A stretch of 62,701 bases of DNA from contig JAAZLX010000151.1 in NCBI GenBank assembly GCA_012799095.1, positions 1 to 62,701 on the forward strand, given 5' to 3'. This DNA comes from Tissierellia bacterium. Lineage in GTDB: Bacteria; Bacillota; Clostridia; Peptostreptococcales; Acidaminobacteraceae. Position 1 is the first letter of the stretch; every line of letters begins with the position of its first letter. Shown one piece after another: positions 55,718 through 62,701 of the stretch. A program made the position numbers and the translations under genes. A model generated the notes under the pieces. It was not told the DNA's origin, made no database searches, and was given only the letters and a program-made list of their open reading frames with translations.

Positions 55718-55744
55718 TGATATAATAAACAAAACAAACGTTCG
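55718..55744 (+). promoter_or_regulatory. uvrB promoter (extended -10) with an adjacent degenerate LexA (Cheo-type) box
   Basis: TGATATAAT at 55718-55726. AAAAC-AAAC-GTTCG at 55731-55744 compares with the Firmicute consensus CGAAC-N4-GTTCG: the right half is perfect and the left half matches 3 of 5. Confidence 0.4.
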
Positions 55745-55752
55745 GAGGTAAT

Positions 55753-57714
55753 ATGGCTTTTCAAGTCCAGTCTCCGTTTGAACCCAGGGGTGATCAGCCC
55801 GAAGCCATCCAGACATTGGCCGATGGCATCAAACGGGGCGATAAGTATCAGACACTGCTTGGTGTGACCGGTAGCGGTAAGACCTACACGATGGCAAAGG
55901 TCATTGAACAGGTCCAAAAGCCGACTCTGGTACTGGCCCACAATAAAACACTGGCGGCACAGTTGGCAGCCGAATTTAAAGAATTCTTCCCCAACAATGC
56001 GGTCGAATTTTTTGTCAGTTATTATGACTACTATCAGCCTGAGGCGTATGTACCGGGCTTGGATCTGTATATTGAAAAAGATTCCGCCATCAATGATGAG
56101 ATCGATAAATTGCGTCACTCAGCGACAGCTGCTCTGCAGGAGCGAAATGATGTTATCATTGTGGCTTCGGTTTCGTGTATCTATGGTCTTGGGTCACCGG
56201 TAGACTATAAAAATATGGTATTGTCACTGCGCCCGGGGATGAGCCGGGGACAGGACTGGATCCTGACCCGACTGGTCGACATGCAATATAAGCGCAATGA
56301 TATCGATTTTAAACGGGGAACATTCCGGGTCCGCGGGGATGTGATCGAGATCATTCCGGCCAATCAGGAAGAGAATGCCTATCGGGTGGAGTTATTTGGT
56401 GATGAAATCGACCGGATCGGTGAAATCAATGTTTTGACCGGTGAATGGATCGGAACTCGCGATCATATAGCTATCTTTCCGGCATCACACTTTGTGACGG
56501 ATAAAGCCAATATCGAACGTTCCTTGGTAGAAATCGAAAAGGAAATGGATCAGCGGATCGCGTATTTTAAAGACAACAACAAACTGCTCGAAGCCCAGCG
56601 GATCGAAGAACGGACTCGCTATGATATGGAAATGTTGCGGGAGATGGGCTTTTGCTCAGGAATCGAAAATTACTCGAGGATCCTGTTAAACCGGCCCCCG
56701 GGCTCACGTCCGTTTACATTGATCGACTACTTTCCCGAAGACTGGCTTCTGCTGGTCGATGAGTCCCATGTCTCATTGCCTCAGGTGCGCGGGATGTATT
56801 TTGGCGATAAATCACGCAAAGAAAATCTGGTCGAGTATGGCTTCCGCTTACCCTCGGCATTAGATAACCGGCCTTTAAAGTATGATGAGTTCCATGGCCT
56901 GATCAATCAAGCACTGTTTGTTTCGGCCACTCCGGGCGATTTTGAGAAAGAAAAATCGACGCAGGTGGTGGAGCAGATCATTCGTCCGACCGGACTGTTG
57001 GATCCCAAGGTCGAAATTCGTCCCATCAAAGGACAAATCGATGACCTGCATCATGAGATCGTCACTCGGACCGAGCGGGGCGAACGAGTACTGGTTACGA
57101 CGCTGACCAAGCGGATGGCGGAGGATTTGACCGATTATCTGAAAGAACTCCAGATCAAAGTGACCTATATGCACTCGGACATTGACACCTTAGAGCGAAT
57201 GCGAATCATTCGTGACCTGCGAATCGGGGTATATGATGTCCTGGTCGGCATCAACCTGCTGCGGGAGGGTCTGGATTTACCCGAGGTCTCACTGGTTGCG
57301 ATCATCGATGCCGATAAAGAGGGCTTCCTGCGATCAGAGACTTCGTTGGTCCAGACGATTGGCCGGGCGGCCAGACACGTTTCCGGTTCGGTCATTATGT
57401 ATGCCGACAAAATGACCGGCAGCATGCAGCGGGCGATCGATGAAACCAATCGACGGCGTGACATCCAACAAGCGTATAATATCGAACATGGCATCACCCC
57501 GCGCTCGATCGAGAAAAAGGTGCGCTCAGTCATTGAGGCGACCAAAAAAGAAGATGCCCCGTTGACGTTCAAGCAACGGATGAACAAGGTAGAGGCCGAG
57601 GAGCGGATCGCGAATCTCGAGGTGGCGATGTTTAAAGCAGCCAATGACCTGGATTATGAAAAAGCGATTCAATATCGCAATGCGATCGAAGAATTAAAGA
57701 AACGTTTGAAATAA
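55753..57714 (+). CDS. uvrB: Excinuclease ABC subunit B
   Basis: GVTGSGKT, helicase motifs and a C-terminal UVR domain ([16 protein letters not shown]). Confidence 0.95.
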   Translation: MAFQVQSPFEPRGDQPEAIQTLADGIKRGDKYQTLLGVTGSGKTYTMAKVIEQVQKPTLVLAHNKTLAAQLAAEFKEFFPNNAVEFFVSYYDYYQPEAYVPGLDLYIEKDSAINDEIDKLRHSATAALQERNDVIIVASVSCIYGLGSPVDYKNMVLSLRPGMSRGQDWILTRLVDMQYKRNDIDFKRGTFRVRGDVIEIIPANQEENAYRVELFGDEIDRIGEINVLTGEWIGTRDHIAIFPASHFVTDKANIERSLVEIEKEMDQRIAYFKDNNKLLEAQRIEERTRYDMEMLREMGFCSGIENYSRILLNRPPGSRPFTLIDYFPEDWLLLVDESHVSLPQVRGMYFGDKSRKENLVEYGFRLPSALDNRPLKYDEFHGLINQALFVSATPGDFEKEKSTQVVEQIIRPTGLLDPKVEIRPIKGQIDDLHHEIVTRTERGERVLVTTLTKRMAEDLTDYLKELQIKVTYMHSDIDTLERMRIIRDLRIGVYDVLVGINLLREGLDLPEVSLVAIIDADKEGFLRSETSLVQTIGRAARHVSGSVIMYADKMTGSMQRAIDETNRRRDIQQAYNIEHGITPRSIEKKVRSVIEATKKEDAPLTFKQRMNKVEAEERIANLEVAMFKAANDLDYEKAIQYRNAIEELKKRLK

Positions 57715-57727
57715 CACGGGAGTAGCC

Positions 57728-60571
57728 ATGCATGACAAAATAATAGTCAAAGGTGCCAAGGAGCACAATTTAAAAAATATAGACATCGAATTGCCACGGG
57801 ACCAGTTGATCGTCCTGACAGGACTGAGCGGATCGGGCAAAAGCTCATTGGCATTTGATACCATTTACGCCGAAGGCCAACGGAGATATGTCGAGAGCCT
57901 GTCGGCTTATGCCCGCCAGTTTTTAGGGCAGATGGAAAAACCGATGGTGGAATCGATTGAAGGCTTGTCTCCGGCCATCAGCATCGATCAGAAATCGACT
58001 TCAAAAAATCCCCGGTCGACCGTGGGTACTGTGACCGAAATTTATGATTATCTCCGCCTGCTGTATGCCCGGGTCGGAACACCACACTGTCCTGAGTGCG
58101 GTCGGGAAATCTCTCCCATGACTGTCGATGAAGTGGTAGATCGAATCATGAGCTATAGTGAGGGCGAAAGGCTATACGTCATGGCTCCGGTTGTCCGGGG
58201 ACAAAAGGGGACCCATGCCAAAGTGTTCGATGCTCTGAGAAAAGATGGCTTTTCCCGGGTACAGGTCGATGGTGAGACGTATATTTTAGGTGAAGACACC
58301 ATCACTCTCGATAAAAATAAAAAACACTCGATCGATGTGATCGTTGACCGTTTGGTCATCAAAGAAGATATTCGCCGCCGCTTGTCCGACTCGGTCGAAA
58401 CCGCTCTGAGGTTGGAGGAACACCTGATCAAAGTCCAAATCCTGGGACGGGAAGAGCATATCTTCAATATGTCCTTCAGCTGCCCGGATCATGGACGCGG
58501 GATCGAGGAAATGGAACCGCGGATGTTCTCATTCAATGCTCCGTTCGGGGCCTGTGAAGAATGTAAAGGGCTGGGTTTTCTCCAGGAAATCGACCCTTAT
58601 CTGGTCATTCCCGACAGCAACCTGTCGATCAATCAGGGTGGAATCGCCCCGTTCAAGAATGCCGCCAATGGCGGTTATTACGGCGGCACGATCAAGGGAC
58701 TGTTAAAAGGATCGCCGTATTCCATGGATACCAAACTCAAGGACTTCTCCCAGGATTATATAGCCAAGCTTTTATACGGTGACGCCGGACGGAAGATCGA
58801 TATCGAATATGAATCGACCAAATATGGACGCCGGGCCATCCGAAGTGAATACGAAGGTGTCATCAACAACCTGAATCGGCGCTATCATGAAACCTCAAGC
58901 TCGTGGATGAGGAGCGAGATCGAGCGATATATGGCCGAGATCCCCTGTTCATCCTGTCAGGGAAAGAAGCTGAAACCTGAGGTATTGGCCGTCACGGTAG
59001 GAGACTTGAACATTCATCAGCTGACCATGCTTCCTATCAAGGATGTATATGATTTTTTTGAGAAGCTCAAGCTTCCCAAACAAAAAGCGACGGTTGCCGA
59101 AATGATTTCCAAGGAAATCAAGGCCCGGTTGAAGTTTTTAATGGATGTCGGTCTGGAGTATTTGACCATGGCGCGACAAAGCGCTTCGCTATCCGGCGGT
59201 GAGAGTCAGCGGATCCGTTTGGCTACTCAGATCGGCTCGGGTCTGGTCGGTGTGTTATATATTTTAGATGAGCCGTCGATTGGGCTCCATCAACGGGACA
59301 ATGCCCGCCTGATGGGCACGTTGCGCAATCTAACGGATCTGGGCAACACGTTATTGGTCGTTGAGCATGATGAAGAGACCATGCGGGCGGCCGATCATAT
59401 CGTTGATATCGGTCCGGGAGCGGGTGAACTCGGTGGATATATTGTAGCCCAGGGGACGCTCGAAGAGGTTTTGGAGGTAAAAGAGTCGATCACCGCTCAA
59501 TACCTGAGAGGTGATAAAGAAATCGAGATTCCCCAGGTGAGACGTGAACCCAAAGGATTTATTACCATCAAGGGGGCACGGGTCAACAATCTGAAAAATA
59601 TTGATGTCAAAATACCGCTCGGGGTGATGAATGTTGTCACCGGGGTGTCAGGATCGGGTAAGAGTTCATTGATCAATGATATCTTCTATAAGCAGATGTA
59701 CCGCAACATCTATGGTAATGTCTCGATCAAGCCGGGACCTCATGATGAGCTGATCGGTTGGGATCAGATCAATAAAGTGATCGATATTGACCAATCACCC
59801 ATCGGTCGGACACCGCGATCCAACCCGGCGACTTATGTCAAGTTATTCGATCTGATCCGTGATCTGTACGCTTCGTTGCCCGAGTCGAATATCCGGGGCT
59901 ACAAAAAAGGCCGTTTCAGCTTTAATGTCAAGGGTGGCCGATGCGAAGCCTGTTCGGGTGACGGGATCAATAAGATAGAGATGCATTTTTTGCCTGATAT
60001 TTATGTCAAGTGTGAAACGTGTAAGGGTCAGCGGTATAATCGTGAGACATTGCAGGTCAAGTACAAGGGAAAAAACATCCACGATGTGTTGGAGATGTCG
60101 GTGGAAGAAGCCCTGGAATTCTTTTCAGTCCACCAAAAAATAGTCCGAAAGCTAAAAACACTAAAGGATGTCGGTCTGGGTTATATCAAGCTCGGGCAAC
60201 CTTCGACTCAGCTTTCCGGTGGTGAAGCCCAGCGTGTGAAGCTTGCGTCGGAGCTGTCAAAGCGGGAAACCGGAGACACCCTTTACATCCTGGACGAACC
60301 GACGACCGGTTTGCACATGGCTGACGTCCATATGTTGATCGGTGTGCTGGATCGATTGGTCGAAGGTGGCAACACCCTGGTGATCATCGAACACAATCTG
60401 GATGTTATCAAATCAGCTGATTATGTGATTGATTTGGGTCCCGAAGGGGGAGATCTCGGAGGCGATGTTATTGCCACCGGTACTCCGGAGGAAATTGCTC
60501 AGATCGATACGAGTTATACCGGACAATACCTCAAATCAATCCTCAAGAAGAAGGGAGTCAAGCGTGGATAA
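57728..60571 (+). CDS. uvrA: Excinuclease ABC subunit A
   Basis: Two ABC modules ([20 protein letters not shown]), zinc-finger Cys motifs, 947 aa. Confidence 0.95.
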   Translation: MHDKIIVKGAKEHNLKNIDIELPRDQLIVLTGLSGSGKSSLAFDTIYAEGQRRYVESLSAYARQFLGQMEKPMVESIEGLSPAISIDQKSTSKNPRSTVGTVTEIYDYLRLLYARVGTPHCPECGREISPMTVDEVVDRIMSYSEGERLYVMAPVVRGQKGTHAKVFDALRKDGFSRVQVDGETYILGEDTITLDKNKKHSIDVIVDRLVIKEDIRRRLSDSVETALRLEEHLIKVQILGREEHIFNMSFSCPDHGRGIEEMEPRMFSFNAPFGACEECKGLGFLQEIDPYLVIPDSNLSINQGGIAPFKNAANGGYYGGTIKGLLKGSPYSMDTKLKDFSQDYIAKLLYGDAGRKIDIEYESTKYGRRAIRSEYEGVINNLNRRYHETSSSWMRSEIERYMAEIPCSSCQGKKLKPEVLAVTVGDLNIHQLTMLPIKDVYDFFEKLKLPKQKATVAEMISKEIKARLKFLMDVGLEYLTMARQSASLSGGESQRIRLATQIGSGLVGVLYILDEPSIGLHQRDNARLMGTLRNLTDLGNTLLVVEHDEETMRAADHIVDIGPGAGELGGYIVAQGTLEEVLEVKESITAQYLRGDKEIEIPQVRREPKGFITIKGARVNNLKNIDVKIPLGVMNVVTGVSGSGKSSLINDIFYKQMYRNIYGNVSIKPGPHDELIGWDQINKVIDIDQSPIGRTPRSNPATYVKLFDLIRDLYASLPESNIRGYKKGRFSFNVKGGRCEACSGDGINKIEMHFLPDIYVKCETCKGQRYNRETLQVKYKGKNIHDVLEMSVEEALEFFSVHQKIVRKLKTLKDVGLGYIKLGQPSTQLSGGEAQRVKLASELSKRETGDTLYILDEPTTGLHMADVHMLIGVLDRLVEGGNTLVIIEHNLDVIKSADYVIDLGPEGGDLGGDVIATGTPEEIAQIDTSYTGQYLKSILKKKGVKRG

Positions 60572-60599
60572 AGAAAAATGCCTCACCGGACGAGAGTTC

Positions 60600-61331
60600 A
60601 TGAAGGACTATGCCCGGGAAATCGTTGACTGGACACAAACCGATCAGGCGAAGGGCGTTGAATTACCACCTCCGGAAGTCCGGATACCAAAAGGTCTGAC
60701 CCGGTATTTTCTGGAGCCATATGAAGATTTGAGTGATGCCTTTCAAATGTCAGATATCCGACAAGTGATCGAACTTCGACGGACAAGGCGAAAGTATACC
60801 GGTGAAAAACTGACGTTCAGTCAATTGAGCGGGCTGCTCTGGGCGACGGCGGGCTATCGCCAGCCGGTAAAAAAACAACTGCGGCATACACCGTCGGCCG
60901 GCAATCGTCAGGCCATCGAGACGTATGCCATTGTGATGGATTCGGATGACATTCCCCCGGGCGTTTATCGCTATGTGCCCAGTCAACATGCCTTAGATCT
61001 GATCAGCGACAATGCGGATGATCTGAGAGAGCGGGCGGTGGCGGCAGCCCGAGACCAAGTCTGGGCCGGAACCAGCGGAGTGACATTCGTATTTGCCGCT
61101 GTGCCGTACCGAACAGAGTGGCGATATGATTACACGGCTCACCGGGTGATCTTGATGGATGTAGGCCATATGTGTCAAAATCTCTATCTGGCAGCCACCT
61201 CGATGGGGCTGGGTGCCTGTGCCATGGCCGCCTATGATCAGGATCTGGCCGACCATTTGATCGGCGTCGACGGAGTCGATCAGTTCACGGTCTATATGTG
61301 CTCGGTCGGCGTGGTCGAAGACGACGAATAA
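60600..61331 (+). CDS. SagB-type dehydrogenase / nitroreductase family protein
   Basis: Nitroreductase-fold motifs (RRTRRKY, PSAGNRQ, LAATSMGLGAC). The start is uncertain: ATG 60600 or GTG 60564. Confidence 0.6.
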   Translation: MKDYAREIVDWTQTDQAKGVELPPPEVRIPKGLTRYFLEPYEDLSDAFQMSDIRQVIELRRTRRKYTGEKLTFSQLSGLLWATAGYRQPVKKQLRHTPSAGNRQAIETYAIVMDSDDIPPGVYRYVPSQHALDLISDNADDLRERAVAAARDQVWAGTSGVTFVFAAVPYRTEWRYDYTAHRVILMDVGHMCQNLYLAATSMGLGACAMAAYDQDLADHLIGVDGVDQFTVYMCSVGVVEDDE

Positions 61332-61339
61332 GAAAATAT

Positions 61340-61374
61340 TCCCGGTGATAGCCAACGCTTCACCGGGATTTTTA
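61340..61374 (+). terminator. Rho-independent terminator
   Basis: TCCCGGTGA-(11 nt)-TCACCGGGA followed by TTTTT. Confidence 0.75.
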
Positions 61375-61418
61375 TGCTCCAGACCAAAAAGACAGGTATA
61401 ATAAACTCGGAGGCAGTA

Positions 61419-62318
61419 ATGAGTTTGAGACGGGGTTATTTTTATGCGCTGATTTCAGCATTGAGTTATTCGATTGTGGCGATTTTTGCCAAATTTGCCC
61501 TGGGAACAGGAGTCGTGCCGGAGGCGATCACATTCTGGCAATACCTTCTCACCAGTGCCATCTTGCTGGTGTACTTTTTGTTGACTGATCGGCGTCTATT
61601 GAGACCGAACAAAGACCAGTTATGGAAGTATGCCACGTTGGGAATTATTGGCAGTATGATGACCAATTTCTTTTATTATCATGCCCTGACGCATCTATCG
61701 GCCGGTCTGGCCTCGATGCTTTTATTCAGCGCTCCGTTTCTGATCAACCTGTTTTTTATTTTGAGCGGTTTGCGTAAAATTAAGACGATATTTTTTTTGC
61801 CGATCGGTTTAGGTTTGCTGGGTAATTTTTTGGCTTTGAATTTGTTGGATGAAGCGATTCAGATATCAACCATAGGGATATTGTTTGGATTATTGGCGGC
61901 CGTGTTTTATGCTTTCTATGCCATCTTTATGGACTTAAAAATAAGAAACCAAAACGCTCATCAGATGAACATGTTTGGGACGTTTTTCGGGATGTTGGCC
62001 TCCGGCAGTTATCTTTTGCTGACGCAACCGGCAGCTTTGATCGTACCAAGTGAGAGCATCGTTTGGTTGATGCTCAATGCCATTTTTGCCAGTGTGATCC
62101 CGGTCTATTTTGCCTATCACTCGTTACAATTGATCGGTTCAGATAAGTTTTCGGTCATATCGACCATGGAGCTGCCGATGACACTGGTGATGGCGTTTCT
62201 GTTATTAAACGAGAGGTTGACACCGATCCAACTGATCGGCATGAGTTTGGTCGTGGGATCGATCATTCTGCTACGGCTGCTTGAGATGAGGATCCAGCGA
62301 ACAAGCGCTCTACTCTGA
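61419..62318 (+). CDS. DMT superfamily (EamA-type) transporter
   Basis: Ten hydrophobic segments in a duplicated EamA-like pattern. I chose the ATG at 61419 behind GGAGG. Confidence 0.75.
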   Translation: MSLRRGYFYALISALSYSIVAIFAKFALGTGVVPEAITFWQYLLTSAILLVYFLLTDRRLLRPNKDQLWKYATLGIIGSMMTNFFYYHALTHLSAGLASMLLFSAPFLINLFFILSGLRKIKTIFFLPIGLGLLGNFLALNLLDEAIQISTIGILFGLLAAVFYAFYAIFMDLKIRNQNAHQMNMFGTFFGMLASGSYLLLTQPAALIVPSESIVWLMLNAIFASVIPVYFAYHSLQLIGSDKFSVISTMELPMTLVMAFLLLNERLTPIQLIGMSLVVGSIILLRLLEMRIQRTSALL

Positions 62319-62387
62319 GAACAACCGGACGCCTTCTTTTCCGGACGTTCCGGCTGAACTTCACCCCTGACAAAAAAGGAGTCACAC

Positions 62388-62701
62388 ATGTCATTTACTA
62401 TCGGTTGTCACTTATCATCTTCGAAAGGTTTTGTCGCCATGTATGATCAAATGCTTGAGGTCGGTGGCAATACCTTTCAATATTTTTCGCGAAATCCGCG
62501 AGGGTCATCCAAAAAAAACTTCGACCAGGCGGATGCTGAACAATTCACCCACCTGATGCGACAGAATGACTTAGCTACGATCATCTGTCATGCACCCTAT
62601 ACCTATAACCCGGCTTCTGCAACTGAGCGGGTGCGCGAGTTTGCTAGGATGGCAATGGCTGAAGATCTGGCCGAGCTAAAGCACTTTGATGATGTATTGT
62701 A
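62388..62701 (+). CDS. nfo: Deoxyribonuclease IV (endonuclease IV), 5' part; continues beyond the window
   Basis: MSFTIGCHLSSSKGF...GGNTFQYFSRNPRG...CHAPYTYNPAS matches the Nfo family N-terminus. The ORF runs off the window end. Confidence 0.7.
   Translation, partial: MSFTIGCHLSSSKGFVAMYDQMLEVGGNTFQYFSRNPRGSSKKNFDQADAEQFTHLMRQNDLATIICHAPYTYNPASATERVREFARMAMAEDLAELKHFDDVL

Noticed and set aside
62324-62353. Direct repeat CCGGACG twice after the DMT transporter gene, considered as a terminator
   Set aside because: Only a 5-bp hairpin (CCGGA-CGT-TCCGG) can form and there is no T-run. This is not convincing as a terminator or repeat element.
1-62701. Scan of all intergenic regions longer than 100 bp for tRNA, rRNA, CRISPR repeats, T-boxes and common riboswitches
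   Set aside because: I recognised no cloverleaf-type sequences (GGTTCGAAT-like T-arms), no regularly spaced direct repeats and no riboswitch cores. This was done by eye, so a covariance-model scan would be needed for certainty.

Overview
This is a chromosomal window of about 62.7 kb from a monoderm, Bacillota-like anaerobe. That placement is an inference from gene content and synteny: AddAB, an LTA-synthase-family gene, acpS-alr-mazF, ftsEX-ctp-uvrBA and a Stickland proline reductase. Most of the window is housekeeping, with roughly 45-50% G+C by eye and strong GGAGG-type ribosome binding sites. I recognised no rRNA, tRNA or CRISPR array.

Main blocks, in order:
- **1-556:** the AT-rich end of an integrated element. 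It carries the 3' part of a large serine recombinase gene and abuts what looks like the 3' remnant of an interrupted host gene.
- **983-12660:** assorted housekeeping genes. These include an Fe-S protein, a parvulin, YhaM, a probable PPi-type PFK, an LTA-synthase-family gene, and a DUF1461 gene preceded by an uncalled 55-aa membrane ORF.
- **12982-18795:** a five-gene family-5 (peptide/nickel type) ABC importer plus a coupled small membrane protein.
- **18953-23454:** a TetR gene, a 912-aa Fe-S flavoprotein, and hypA-hypB. No nickel enzyme is visible nearby.
- **24215-34347:** nudix and dac genes, then addB and addA separated by an oppositely oriented Na/Pi-PhoU transporter gene.
- **35212-44501:** a complete sigma-54/PrdR-controlled D-proline reductase locus, in the order prdR, prdC, prdA, small orf, prdB, prdD, prdE, prdF and a TauE-like membrane gene.
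- **44665-49756:** a chain of overlapping genes, tkt, a biotin-less carboxyltransferase, acpS, alr and mazF. No antitoxin gene is visible.
- **50029-62701:** ftsEX, an M23 peptidase, two tandem S41 peptidases, uvrB, uvrA, a SagB-type nitroreductase, a DMT transporter and the start of nfo.

The most interesting point is in the proline reductase locus. Two in-frame TGA codons there terminate ORFs in the supplied track but are best read as selenocysteine. One is the expected Sec in PrdB. The other lies near the C-terminus of PrdC in a Cys-x-x-Sec context. Each is followed by a candidate SECIS hairpin and by an open, otherwise unexplained reading frame.
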